NCBI GenBank assembly: GCA_003971905.1 | Contig: RSEE01000032.1 | Location: 124,001-188,000 of the forward strand | Length of the DNA stretch: 64,000 nt | DNA from: Moniliella sp. 'wahieum' | Taxonomy: Eukaryota | Direction: 5' to 3' | Part shown: in pieces, positions 38,842 through 52,800 of the stretch | Layout of the letters: every line of letters starts with the position of its first letter | How positions within the stretch are numbered: position 1 is the first letter of the stretch | Program-made: the position numbers and the translations under genes | Notes under the pieces: generated by a model | What the model was told of the DNA's origin: nothing | Seen by the model: only the letters and a program-made list of their open reading frames with translations | Databases searched by the model: none

Positions 38842-39836
38842 ATGACCACCGTCTTACCCGGCGATGTTGTCCACGTCTTCACCTCCCAAGACGACCACGC
38901 AGCGTCTTCGGCACTCCCATCTGCCGTCAAGCTTGGAGCTGGTATTGCCCAGGCAACATTTGCCTCCTCTTCCTCCGCGGCGCAGGCCGCAATTGAAGCC
39001 ACCCCGGCCCCCGAGGGCTCAGTGCGATCCAGTCTCCTTGCCACCGTCCCCGGTCCATTGGGCGCGGTAGTTCAGAAGAAGCGAGGAGCAAAGGGGTCAA
39101 GGAGGTACCTCGCGGCCCGATGGGTGGAGGGAGAATCGAACAGGGTAAGTGACCCGCCACGACTGAATCGCAGAGCAAGCAGCTAACCTTCTTTTTCATA
39201 AGTACACCCCAGCCGTTGGCGACAACGTAGTGGGACAAATCACCAACCGGCACAGCGAGGGCTACGTGGTGACCCTGCTTACGTCGCATGTGCAATGTGT
39301 TCTTCCTGCGCTGGCGTTTGAGGGCGCAACCAAACGGACCAAGCCCACGCTCCGGCCCGGCGCGATCGTCTATGCGCGTGTACTCTCGTGCGACGTGCAT
39401 GCAGAACCTGAACTCTCTTGTGTTGATCCCTCCTCTGGAAAATCCGATGGGTTGGGAGAGCTTAAGGTTGCGGAGCGGGATACGGGCTTTGCCACACTTG
39501 CCCATGTCCATCCCCTCCTTGCCGCTGCGCTCTTGCGGCCGGCCCCGCCTCCTTCCGAATCAACTGACCCGTCTCAGAGCAGCGGGCACACCTTGTTGGG
39601 ACTTGTTCCTCCTTTCCTTTTGAGGCGGCCGTAGGGGCGAATGGAATGATTTGGTTGCGGGCCGAAAAGGCTGGGCAACTGATTGCACTGCGCAAAGTGC
39701 TGCCGCCGCCGACGCGCGCATGCCCACCACCCAGGGCGACGGAACAAAACTATCGGCGCAGCAGTATGCCCGGCGCCGGGGACGGCTCTCACACCAGGAA
39801 GTGGAAACGATTGTGGCGCCGTTTTGGGGGGCTTAA
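38842..39836 (+). CDS. RRP40: Exosome subunit Rrp40
   Basis: MTTVLPGD; Y.PAVGDNVVGQI; LPALAFEGATKRTKPTLRPGAIVYARV; EPELSC; AVGANGMIW. Confidence 0.9.
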
Positions 39837-41787
39837 GTTGGATACAATCATATGCCAATGTATACCTATCGTCGTTGTGCTCATGAGCGCAACATAGTGC
39901 ATTCTCCCCTCTATTGTGTTCATAGCATCTGTAGAGCTTTAAGGCTGGGCCAAAGAGCACTGCGTTTGACTGGTCTCGCTCATCCCGCCATGTGTACTGC
40001 TTGTTGGACCAAATCCTCCCAAATAAGAGAGTGGAAAAAGTAGTATTATGAGAGCCTGTTGCGCAGCGACAGCCGCTAGCGATATAGGAGGGTGAATACG
40101 GGCAAAATGGTAGGCTCCCGGCGCCCCACACTTTATCGCCATCTTGGACTTGTGCATGTCCCCGAGACGGGTGTGTCCATCAGTCACTCTGACCCGGCAG
40201 CCCACAGCTTCCATGGGCACCATGACATGTGACACAAGAGCGTCATCAGTGCATCAGCAACATTTTATCATGCTCCTCTCTGCTTCCAACTCCGCCCTCG
40301 GCTGGATGGTACTCACATTCTGTTCTCTGGTACTATGCTTTTGCGACTGACGGCGTCACACCAACTGATAAATCGCCCCCGCCTGCAGCATGTCAGTTTT
40401 CAAGATCGAATGATTAATGATCCTGTTCATCTCCGGAGTTGGATGATTTTGATTTTCTACATCATCAGCATCATCTCCTATCGAATCTCCTATCAATATC
40501 ACCTTGGCGACAGGTGTATTTTCCGTTGCATTCCCCCGTCGACTGGGCGGGGCTATAGCAGGCTCGCAGGCTCTTCCAAAACATAATATCGGGTGTGAAT
40601 ATTGTGAATCTGGATGTTTTCTCTCTGGATCAACTTGCTGATGCCTTTGATGGTATACAAAAAACATAAACGACGTTCAACACATTCCCCGCTCTCGCCT
40701 GCCATAGTCAATATCCGTTCACATGGCTCACATGTAAAGGAGCGTGACATGCATATGCAGGCGCATATCAATTCCCCTAGATCCTAGATCTCCCTTTCCT
40801 TTCTCCTTATTCATTCTTTGATCCATATTTCTGCCCTGTTTTTCACATTGGAAACGATAAAAGCCATATCTCCTTTCGGCTCTTATTCAGTTGCTGTATA
40901 GCCGTGTTCAGGCCAACGCCTCGCCATACGACGCAACACCGCAGCTGCGAGAGCTGCAAAAAGAAACGAAGAAAACGGCGCCCCGGAAACGGCGTTTGGA
41001 CCGAGAGACCGATCATCGATCAATCGATCAGGTGGATGAGGACGATAATCGATAAGTGCGTGTTGATGCATGATGATCGATGACAGCCGCATGATCATAC
41101 CGGTCACACGTCTGTCTTTCACGGCGAGTGTGCGAGCCCGGTTGTGTGGCAACCATAGCAAAAGAGGACGGTGGCGCTGCACAAGGCAAGCATAAGGCCA
41201 TTAGATCTTAGACACATTAGATCTAGACCACAACAGCTAGATCACAACAGCTTAAGGACAAAGGCCCAAAGGCCTAAGGCCTAAGGCCTAATCATCAATC
41301 AAGGCTAAGGCCAAGGGCGGTTCCCGGTATCCAGGAACCGGATCCTCGGGAAGGATATAAGGCCAAAGGCCCTGCGGCAAAAAGGCCAAATATAAGGGTA
41401 CTTACTATCCCATCCTATACAAGCCGTTTATCCGAAACGCAATCTATCCGCCTCTTCGCGCTCTTTCTTCTCCCGGCCGGCACTGCGGCAGTATGGGAAT
41501 AAAGTCCTTCGGCCGCCGAGCCACTCTGATTGTCTCATAGATATCCAGCCACTTCCCCTGTGGCTCGTCCAGGAACAGCCAAACCGTCCAAAAGGTGCAA
41601 CCGTCGATCATACTGGCTCCCTGCTGCACCAATACGAGCACGACATTTACTTGCACGCATAGCGGCCCGGTATTCAAAAAGGCGTATCTCCTTCTGTAGT
41701 CCCCTTCTGTTGCCCCCTTCTGTTGTCGTCACCTCTTCCACCAACCGCTTCCTCGTCGTTCCTCCTCCTATTCTCATTGCGTTCGCT

Positions 41788-44488
41788 ATGCGACTGGGAT
41801 TCTTTCGTCGACCCAGCGGGGCGTCGACGCCCGAAACCACTTCTCCCATATCCGAAGGCGTCGACAAGGACGACAAAAAGGCTGATGTTGATCTGCTTGC
41901 TGTTGGTGCAGAGGAGAAGGCTGCGGTGGATAACCTTAACTACGAGGGCGAGCTGCCCATGTCTAAGGACACCTCCGTCGCAACGGACTACAATTCGGAT
42001 GATGGTGAATCGGGGCTTGATGCCCACCCCGAAGTGCGCGCTGTTGTCCCTGAGACCGACGATCCCGACATGCCCATCAACACTTTCCGAATGTGGTTCC
42101 TCTCCATCATTTTCGTCTTGATCGGGAGCGGAGTCAACCAACTCTTCAGCCTCCGCTATCCAGGTGTCCACCTTGTCTCCCTCGTCTCTGAACTCATCGC
42201 TTTCCCATTTGGCATCTTTCTCGCTCGTGTTCTGCCCATTTGCCGGCTCAACCCTGACCGCAATTTCAACATCAAAGAGCACGGCTTGATTGTCATTGCT
42301 AGCAACGTCAGTTTTGGTCTCGGTACTAGCGCAGACAGTACCAACTTGATTCAGGCGGCACGCATGTACGGGATCAAGTTTCCAGCAGGAGAAGCGGTGT
42401 TGGCTGTGTTGTGTTGCCAGATGCTCGGGTACGGCATCGCTGGGCTGGGCGTGCCCTTTTTGGTCAAGCCGTCGTATGTCGTTTGGCCAGCCAATCTGTC
42501 CAATATTGCTCTTCTCTCCTCCATGCATGCCCGCATCCAAGAACCCGCGCCCTTTGGACTCCGTATGACCCGTCTTCGCTTCTTTTGGATCGTGTTTGGA
42601 ATTGCCTGGACGTGGTACTGGTTCCCTGGGTTGATCTTTACCGGGCTTAGCTATTTCACTTTCTTTTGCTGGATCTGGCCTAAGCACAAAGGTGCGTTCC
42701 TTTCCTGATCACTCCCCTCTTCTCAGGGCCCTCGTGTTACTTACCTTTGCTTCATTGCGACTGTATTTCAGCGGTCAATCTCGTATTTGGTGAGGTGACG
42801 GGCATGGGTCTCGTCCCATCAACTCTCGATTGGAGCATGATCGCCTACAACAGCAACCCGCTCCTCTCCTCTCTCGGCATGCACCAACGTATTTATCGGG
42901 TTTGCGGTTATCTTTTGGATTGTGGCACCCATCTTATATGTGAAAAACTACCGTTTCACATCCTATCTGCCCTTCTGCTCTGACCAAGTGTACGATCGAA
43001 CGGGTGCCATCTACGATGTATCTGCTGTCATGTCAAACGGAACGCTGGATGTGGAGAAATACCGTCAATACTCCCAGCCGTACCTCCCCATCACCTTCCT
43101 CATTGTCTATGGCCTGTCATTTGCCAGTTTGACGTGCGTCTTGGTTCATGTTGCACTGTGGAACTACCGCGACCTGGTCCATGCCTTCAAAGGAACAGGC
43201 CGAAAGAACATCCACACCCGCCTCAATGAGCAGTACCAGAAAGTACCGTGGTGGTGGTGGACAACCTGCATCGCCATCTTTGGTGCTCTATCTATCGGTA
43301 CGTTCCTTCCTTTCATCCATTCATCCATTCATCCATTCATCCATCCATCCTTCCTTCTTTCCTTCTATCTATCCAATCTTCCTCTCCATTTTGTGAACTC
43401 ACTGATCTAACCACCCCATATTTTTCTTCTTCAAGTCCTCATCGAATATTACCACACAGATCTTCCGGTGTATGGCTTGTTCCTAGGATGGATCATCCCC
43501 TGCATCTTCTTTATCCCTTGTGGTATCATTTTGGGCGTGACCAACGTGAACCCCAACCAACTCAATGTGGTATGTGACGGTCTCGTTTACCTTCAGTCCT
43601 TTTTTTCTTTTCTCATGTACTGACTCTCTTCTTTCACTTCCGCCTCTAGTTAAGCGAGTTTATCGGTGGTTACTTGTTTGAAGGCAAGCCGGTCGCTAAC
43701 ATGCTGTTCAAGATGCTTCCACCGACACGGTGGGGCAAGCGCAGTATTTTGCCCAAGACATGAAGTTGGCGCATTACCTTCACATTGCCCCTCGTCTTCT
43801 CTTTTGGGTGCAAGGTTCGGCCACAATATTAGGTGCCCTCACCCAGGCAGGCGTCACCATCTGGATGCTGGGCCATGTGAAGGATATTTGCAACCCCGAT
43901 CAAAGCAATGGGTTCGTCTGCCCCAATGGTCAAACGGTCATGAGCAGTTCTGTTGTCTGGGGCCTTGTTGGAACGAGGAGGACATTCGGGGCTGGCCAGA
44001 TGTACTCCCCAATGCTCCATTTCTTTTGGATTGGCGCCATCACACCTGTCATCACTTGGGTGCTGTACAAAAAGACCGGGTGGAAGTGGCTGAAGTTGAT
44101 CAACTGGCCTCTGTTTTGGGTTGGCACCTATAACGTCCCGCCCGCCACGGGTGTGAACTATTCGAGTTGGTTTGTGGTTAACTTGATCTGCACCAAATTC
44201 ATCTTCAAAGGGTTCTTCAGCTGGATGTATGCCTTTGCCGCTGCCCTCGACTCAGGCCTGGCCATCTCAGGTTCGTTGCATCCCATACTGCCCACCTTCG
44301 ACGCTGGACTGACCGTTTCCCTCTACAGGCATTGTAATCTTCTTCTGTGTCACCTATGGTCCAGGCGTCAACTTTCCTTCTTGGTGGGGAAATACCGTAT
44401 GGAAAAACACTACGACAACAACGGGACTTCCTGGAACCACCTGCCTGCCGCAGGTTACTTTGGTGGGCCCATGGGTTCTTGGAAGTAA
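41788..44488 (+). CDS. Oligopeptide transporter (OPT family)
   Basis: PEVRAVVPETDDPDMPINTFRMW; FNIKEH; WYWFPG; DMKLAHYLHIAPR; AAALDSG. Several introns. Confidence 0.95.
43312..43350. repeat. Intronic (CATT/CATC)n microsatellite
   Basis: TTCATCCATTCATCCATTCATCCATTCATCCATCCATCC inside an OPT intron. Confidence 0.8.
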
Positions 44489-45271
44489 GTGATGAACAGA
44501 AACCACAACTAAACACCCCATTCTTCCTCCGCTTTATCCTCTTCAAGGCGATGTGAAGACCAGAATGGGTCCGGAAAGGCCGCCATGCTCTGCGCCTTTC
44601 TGGTCCCTACCTCATTGTCTTGACTTCTTTTGCTGTTCCTCCCACCCCCTTTTGTGTATGAATATTGGGTGTGAACTCTTGTTGTCGCACCGTTAGAGAC
44701 TGAGAACAGGTACTGGGAGTCCGTAGTGTGGTCAGTACACTTGTGGTCAGTACATTCCCGTACTGCGGGCTGCTGCTACTGTAGACAATGATGCCCTCTC
44801 AGTATTATGATGCCAAGTCTCTTCTATATGGCGCAGGACGCAAAATCGTTGCAGCAGCACCCCCTCTACTACTGGGGCATAATGCAGTAGCGACGCGCGG
44901 CGCCAGACGCATTTTTGATCAACCCGAGAGATGATATGACAGGGAGAAAGGGCCCTGTGACGTCTGTTCGTCAGACGGCGACTGGAGAGTTGGGCCACAG
45001 AGAACTACTAAAGAAAAAGGAGAATCAGAGGGCATGGGAATAAGGAAAGAGGGCCCACCATACAGCACCTGTGCCGTTCCTTCAGGCTTCAAGCGCGTTC
45101 AGGTTGATCGAACTCTGGCCCGAGATCAGCTAGCTGCTCGCAGCTGTGAGACCAGGCACAGGAATTGTGGACCAGACAAGAATTGCCGTCGCAGTTTTGC
45201 TACCGGGACACTTGTTGCCGGCCAAGCATACTTACTGCTCTCGTACTCTGGTGTAGTGCCGCCGGCCTAAA

Positions 45272-46154
45272 ATGGATTTCACTTGTTGATTTCTGGTGGG
45301 GAATTTCCCTCCCCCCTTCTGCGATCTTCACCCCCACCATCCCCCGTCACCCATCGACCCATCGACCATGCACCCGGCTCAGGCCGAGGGGCTGGGACTG
45401 GTCACATCCACACCGGCTCCGCACCCGTTGCGGACGACGCTCTGGCGCCCTTTGCTTGGCCCGCGGCAGCTGTTGTGCTGCTGGTTTGGCACGCCTACTC
45501 TCTTGTTGCTGCTTTCGTCCGCGCGGGTGGTCACACGCCCTCTCTTCCAGCTCGCCAGTCTGCTCCCTGCTCAACGCCGACGAAACAGCGGAGGAGGTGC
45601 TACTGAATCTAGGCGCTGCCTCTGAAACGGTCGCTGTCCAGCAGGGCGAGCGGGCGGTGGAGCTGGATGGCCGCGCGTTCAAGGTCCCGCTCCACTTGGC
45701 GCTTGTCGTCCTTCGGCCGGACGACACGGACCCGCCGAGCAAGTCAAGGCGATGCAGGCCTATGCCCAAGCGGCCGCACTGGCCGGCGTAACGCAGTTCA
45801 GCTGGTTCGATTCGGGCCGTGGTGGCGCGGGCGTTCCCTACGCCTACCCAGCTCACCTGGCCCACGGCGTACGTGCCTCGGTGGCTTCGCACCGCTTTGT
45901 GCCTTTGCTGCGGGCGAGGGCAGCGGGAGGAGGATACAAGTCGCTCTGCTTTCTCCTCCCAAGATGGCAAGGCGACCTTGGCCTCAATGGCTAATACCCT
46001 TTCTCATCCTATTACTACCGAACAAGTCCGGGCTGCCTACAACCAACGTCTCCCCCCCCCCCCAGGTGCTGCTCTCAAGGCGGCACAGCAGGACGCTGCG
46101 GCACCCGTCACTCTGGCCAGCTGCCAGACTATCCCCCCTGGAGCATTGGCTTGA
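45272..46154 (+). CDS. Hypothetical protein
   Basis: Chain of overlapping plus-strand ORFs with protein-like composition (SLLNADETAEEVLLNLG..; MQAYAQAAALAGVTQF..; TLSHPITTEQVRAAY). No family recognised. Confidence 0.35.
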
Positions 46155-46380
46155 GTGAACTCGTGCCCCTGCCCGCACAGACCGATGCAGCAACCGATGT
46201 TCTGGTGGCCTGCACCAACTTTCGGGGGCTGGCCAACGCTATGGCCGTAACTCAATCGCTATGCCTACTGGTACTGCCACTGCTTCTTTTCACTATGAGA
46301 TCGGGCGGGGACGTGGGAAAAATGCAGGGGGAAAAAGTCGTGTATGTAATGTAACGCAGCCTAGGGAGAGTTCCTGTAGG

Positions 46381-49205
46381 TTACAGCTTGAGTTGCCCGC
46401 CCTGCGCTGGTGGGGGAGCTTTGGCCCGCTCCAAAGCTCCACGCTTCTTGACCATAGTGTTCCGCTGACCATCGGCTCCGACCAGCGACACCCCGGGCTG
46501 CGTCGCCACACGCCTGCACGCCGCCTGCTTTTCTGCGCGTGCCCCTCCCGCTTTGGGCTTGATCGTCGGCGTCGGGCCGGAAGAAGGACCATGGTTGCGA
46601 GCGCGCTTGAGCCGGCGGAGCCGTGTGTGGTCCTGCTTCTTTTCGTGGGACGTGAGTTCGTCCCGGGGCTCCCGCAAAGGAACGTGACAGCGTGCGCCCT
46701 GCGACCCGGACCCGTCGCAACCCCAGTCCGGGAAGAAGGATCGTACACTTCACGCGGAGCTTGTTGTGTGGCCTGGCTGGACGTAGCGAGCATAGCACGC
46801 TTGTTCGGATGCCATTGCCGCCACGCCTCCCGCGGGCGCAGCAGCCGTAATTTGCCCTGCGTGCACGTCGGCAGGACGAGGAGTGTAGTGGGCATTGGAG
46901 AGGCGGTCGAGTTGGTGGAACACATTCTCCACCAGCGCCGTTAGCTGAGCATGCTCTGCGGCCAACTTAGTGTCTGCCTCGGAAGTAGGCGCCCCGCCCG
47001 TCTGCGCTTGAGTGTACTCTTGCTCATACAGCTCAGCAAGGGACTGCTGGGATTTTTGGTCACTGAGCGAGGCGAGTTTGGAAGCAAAAACTCTTTCTCG
47101 CTTAGCGCCAAGCGCGCGGCACATCGTCAATTCCCCGGCAAGGATGCGGCGCTTGATCAATCTTCCACTTCCTCGTTCTCTTCTGCCGTCGCCAAAGGGG
47201 CCGACTTGAGCGCATGAACAAAGTCCATGTCCATGTCCAAGGCAGCATCCTTGGCCCGCGACGAGCCCGATGCCTCACCTTTCAATTCCCACTCTTTTGT
47301 CCCCACATTTTCGGCCTCCAGTGCAGCAATCTCGGCTTCAAGCGCCGCTTGCCGCTTTTCGTGTGTGGACAGTCCATCCGCCACATCATCCCCCTCATCT
47401 TGGTCGGCAAACAAATCTTGTGCCACGCGACGCGCCGTGCCCTCTATAGAGCCTTCATCGTCATCGTCCTCTTCTTCTTCTCCGTCGTCCGCATCCTCTC
47501 TCCTCTTCTTCTTCATCGTCGTCCTCCGACGCGTCCAGACTCATCTTTTCTTCGCCCAAATTGGAAGGGCCTAGAGAATGAGAGCTGGCCTTTTCTTGTT
47601 CTTGGTCACTGTCCCCATCCTCCTCGTCATCTTCGTCCTCCTCGTCTTCCTTCTCCGCCTCATCATCTCCGTCCGAATCAAGATCCACGTCAAAGGGATG
47701 CAATGAAGCAGGAGGAAACGAAAAGTCTTGAGGTTCGCGCATACCAGGCGCTCGCTTGATCCGACGCACTTGAACTTGGTCCGAAAAGCGAATTTTCCCG
47801 CGACCGGCACTGGTTGATGGGGCGCTACTGGGTGCGGTAAGGCTGGTTTTGCCTTCACCAACCGAATCAGACTTACGACCGGTCGATCGTCCAGCCGCGG
47901 CCGGAGGAGCAAAGAATTGATCGTACATGAGATCGGTACCCTCCTCCTCCTCTTCGTCCGAAGCCCAGGTAGACGGGTGCAAACATGTCCACGTCCACCT
48001 CAGGCTCCTTGGCCTCAGCCGCGATTGTGTCCCGCTGGAATGCAGAGAGGTTGAAAAATCCATCATCGAGGCTGGACGAGGGGGCTGGTGCGGAAACCTC
48101 AGTGTCTTGTATGTCCTCTTGCTCCAACTCATTTCCGAGTCGGATTCCGAGTCGGATTCGGACACAAACGCCAAACATGTCCTTCTCAGCTGCTCCTCTT
48201 CGTCTTGAAGTGGCTCCATAGTTACCCGGCTCGCCTCCTCGTCATCCGACAAGTCCGATGCACCTGGGAATCCTTCGTCTGCCTCTTCCGGTCCATAAAG
48301 CTCGTCGTCAGACATATCCTCCAACTCGGCGTCCTCGAGTTCAGCCTCTTCCGCATTGTGGGGTGCGCCTGAAGACTCGAAGGTAAACCCACGCTTGCGC
48401 AACTCGGCGCGCACCTTGAGAATCTCGCGCGGCGCAAACCCGATTGCCTTCAGTTGGGCATCCGTCATAGCTGCTAGGCGAGCCAAGTCTTCGTCCGATG
48501 CATCCTCATCGGTGTCATCATCGTCTTCGTCGGACACATCCTCCTCATCCTCCTCGGACTCGGCTTCGGCAGTGGCCAGGCGCTCCTCGGCTTCCTCGTC
48601 ATCATCTTCTGTTTGGTCCATTTGCACGGCTTGCTCGCACACCCCATCCAGGCCAGCATGACGAAGCTCGAGCTGGGTCCACAGTTGCGCGGCCTCGACT
48701 GCATCGGCCGTATCAGTCGACTCGGCAGGAGGGGGCGGGGGGACATAGAGTTCCGCCAGTGGCGTTGGCGGTAGGAGGTAATAGATCCGGCTCTGCCTCC
48801 GCGTCGGACTCGGAGTCGGACCCGGGGTGAAGGGGCCGTTTGCGCTTGGCAGAGGTGGAACGGGTGGTGTGATACGGTGCGGCGTGGCCAGCAGCGGTGA
48901 GAAGGTAGGCCTGGATGGCAGGGCGGGCCTCGGACTCGCCGGCTACGCCGGCATCAACAGAGCCTTGACGGCGTCGCGGGTTTGAGAATGGAGCCAGCGC
49001 TGGTGCTCGGACCACGACGCGGTTGGCCCCGGTGCGGATGGGGCTGCGTCCTGTGCGGCAGGCGCGGGCGTAGATGAGTCGGAGGGACAGGGGGCAAAGG
49101 GCAGGTCGGCCAAGGTGGGGGGGAGGCTGGCGAGGAGCTGCGGATGGGCAGCGACGCGGTCGCCCAGCTCAGCGAGCCAGGCGGGCGGAAAGGGGGCTGG
49201 GCCAT
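46381..49205 (-). CDS. MPP10: U3 snoRNP protein Mpp10
   Basis: Acidic protein; LDDGFFNLSAF; STHEKRQAALEAEIAALEAENVGTKEWELKGEA; SQQSLAELYEQEY; LDRLSNAHYTP; ends QLKL-stop. Confidence 0.9.
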
Positions 49206-49862
49206 GTGGGAGGGTGCGCGGGGGGTGCGCGGTGGGGTGGGACGGGTGGGGACGGCGGGGACGGGTGTTCGCTGCTCCTTGACGCCGTCGCAGCCGCTTG
49301 CGGCGATGATGATGATGGCGGAGGTTGCTGAACAAAAATCGGCAAAAAATTACCGCCCCGCGCGCCGCACAACGTGCGCCACACTGCCCCCGAGCGGGCG
49401 GGGCGGAACGCGCATTCCGCCCGCCACCGCGCCGCTGGCACTGCCCGCGGGCTGCAGCTGCCGGGGGAGGGGGGCGGTGTCTGGACGCGGCCTTGGCGCT
49501 GGCATGGGCTGGACGCTCGTCGACGTGGGTGGTGGTTGAGGAGAGAGCGAGGCGGTGGTGGTGGTGGTGGGGGTGCCGGCGGTGGACGTGAACGGGCGAG
49601 GGGGTGGGGACGGCGGACATGGGCATGGGTGTGGCGCGTGCATGCCCTCCACGCGTCGCCCACGCCGTGCGCATTGGGTACGGTGATCCGATCGGTGAGC
49701 GAGAGCCGCAGCGGGTGGCGCCGCGAGTCGGTGCAACGTGGGCGGCATTTGAACATTGCAGGGGCGGTGTGGTGCCCAGGCGGCGGCCAGGCAGTCGTGA
49801 GTCTGAGTCGGAGTGGCCGGCTGGCTGCCAGCCGCGCGCCCCCACCACCGCCTCCTGCGCCC

Positions 49863-52800
49863 ATGGATGCCGCCCCTGGGCCCGTCGTTGTCCTCGGCGC
49901 ATCCGGCCTTCTGGGCCGCCGTCCATGCGTCCTCCTCCAGGGGCGCCGTCGTCGGCACTGCCCATGCCCGACCTGCCCCACCCTGCGAGGCCGTCGACTT
50001 GCCGCCGATGCGATCCCCGCCCTGTCCAGAGGACGGCTCCGATCCGCGCCCGCAGCCTGGACCTTCCGCATCTGGATGCGCTGCTAACCGGCTCGCCCGC
50101 GCGATTGTCAACTGTGCTGCCGAGCGTCGCCCCGACCGCGTCCAAGCGGATCCTGCGGCTGCCGACGCGCTCAACGTCCATCTCCGCACGCCATTGCCCG
50201 CTGGTGCACCAGCCGGAGCGGCCGCCCATTCACTTTCACATGTCGACCGACTATGTTTTTGACGGCACTAGTCCGCCCTATCTTCCCTCCGCCCCCACCC
50301 ACCCCCTCAACGCCTATGGTCACAGCAAGGCACGTGCCGAGCAAGCCGTCACATCGGCTGGGCCTGAAGGGCGGACCGTTGTGGTGCGAGTGCCCATCCT
50401 GTATGTCTCCCCTCCCCTCCCCTCCACCTATCTAGTTCTCGCTGAAAGCTAACTCTTTTGATTACGGCAGCTATGGAAAGGTCGAGACGCCCGAGGAGAG
50501 TGCGGTAAGCATCCTCCTCGATGCCATCCGCCTCCCCCGTCCCGAAGGAGAGGTTTCCAAGGCGATGGACGCCAACCAGACCCGATACCCGACCTGCGTT
50601 GAGGACGTGGCCAAAGCCATCGTCCAGCTTCTTACTCTGCCCACTCTGCCAGCCATTGTACACGTTAGTGCCCAAGAAGCCATGACGAAGTACATCATGT
50701 CCATCGTGTTGGCTCGTGTGTGGAACGGGGCTCGCGCGCGGGCCTGGCGCGAACTCCCCCCCACCCCTATTTCTACGTCTGCTCTCGAATCCGACCCGGA
50801 CCACCCCAATCGTGAGGAACAAGGCGAGGAAGGGACGGAGGAAAAAGAAGAAGAGGAAGAGGAAGGACCTGCAGCCTCCACGGCGCACCTCGAACCCCTG
50901 TACGACGCCGACCCCTTAGCTGCGACCGCTAGGCCATTGAATGCTCGCCTTGATGTTACCGAGACTTCCCGCCTGGGTGTGGCGAGCGACTATGTCGAAT
51001 TTGAAACGTGGTGGGCCGATTACTTGTACGAGGTTCGTATCCTTCTGGTTCGAATCAGCCTCCTTTGTCTAACCCCTGTTTCCGTTTTGTGGTGGCGCAG
51101 CATGAAAAACATGTAGCCCAAGTCGTCGAGGAGCGCAGGCAGGCTGCCGAAGCACGCCGCCAAGCACGGGCAGAAGAAGCAGAGCGTCAAAAACGCTTGG
51201 AAGAAGAGCGAGTTGCGCGGGAAGCTGCCGAGGCTGCTGCTGCCGAGGAGCGCCGAAAACAGGAAGAGGCTGAAGCTGAGGAGCGCCGAAAACAGGAAGC
51301 AGCTGAAGCTGAGGAGCGGCGCAAGCAGGAAGAGGCCGAGGCGGAAAAGCGGAGCAAACAGGAGGAAGCCGAGGCTGAGGAGCGCCGCAAGCAGGAAGAA
51401 GCCGAGGTAGAGGAGCGGCGCAAGCAAGAAGAGGCAGAGGCCGAAGAGCGCCAGAAGAGGGAAGCGATCGAGGCTGAAGAGATGCGCCAAAAGGAAATGG
51501 CCGCGGTGGAGAGCAAGGAGAAGAGAAGAGGAACAGGCAGGCATTGAGAATGAGGTCGTCGATGTGGAGAATGGGGAACAGAAGGTAACCCCCCTCCAGT
51601 CAATGTCCCCAACCTGCCTGAAGCGAACGCTCAGGCAGATGGTGAGTCCGGCCAGGTACTCGACCAAGAGCGACGAGAGAACAAGGCTTCGGATACGTCT
51701 CTTGGCTCGCCGTCTGCGGATGATGAAACCAAGCAAAAGACTGATGCTTCTGACACGGGCGACACAATTACCGGCACTCGTTCAGCACAAGGGCCTGCTT
51801 CTGAGGACCAGTCAGTTTCCCTTCATGTATCAACATTGGCACGTTCCGGCCCTGAAGCCGCACCTCCCTCCCCACTCGAAGAGCCCGAGGGCCCAGTTCA
51901 CCCTGATTTGCAGGCCCCTGCCCTTTCGCCCGACCCATCCTTCAACTCTCTCGCTGCCCATCCCACTCCTCCGGAAATATCGCCCTTGGCTGAGCCTCAT
52001 ATCAACGATGAAGAGGACGACCCGAAGGACGATGCGCCTCTGGGAAGTCTGTTAGCTGCGCGGAGATCCACTGGTAAGCGTACAGGTGGGGGGGACAGTG
52101 ATTCAGAACGGTATGGCGCTCCTTCTCCCACGTCCTCTGCAGCACGTGCTGTGCCTGGACCCAAGCCGGCGCTGGTGGAGCATTCGGCGGAAGCTGTGGC
52201 ACCTGGAAAAGTGCATGTTGCGCAATCGCTCACCCTTGGTGTCAATGGCCATCCTCCCAAGGCATGGTTTGAGATCAAGGTTGGCGATCCTCAGACAGTC
52301 GGAGCGCCCATGTCGGCTCACACCGTCTACACGATGCGTACACGGACCACCTCGGAGCGGTTCCGTTCCCTGCACTTCTCCGTCCTGCGACGGTACAGTG
52401 ATTTCCGTTGGCTCCACGCTGCGCTTGTCCACAACCACCCGGGCGTGATTGTTCCACCTGTTCCAGAGAAGGTCAAGCTGGGGTTTCAACCCCGGAGTTG
52501 GTGGAAGCTCGTCGGGTCGGGTTGGAACTGTGCATCAATAAAATTGCCAATCACGCAGAGTTGCAAACGGACGATGACTTTGCCCTTTTTCTCTCCAGCG
52601 ACAACTTTGCCGCGGATGTACGAGCCCGCGATATGGTCAAGGGTCCCGTGCCCACGCCAGAACAACGGACCTATCTCGGCTGGGGATCGAGCTTAGTGAG
52701 TGTTACGGGGGCGGGCGGCCCCCGCTTTGTCGAGACGGATGAGTGGTTCGACAAGCAACGTGTGTACCTCGACAGTCTCGAGACCCACTTACGTACCCTC

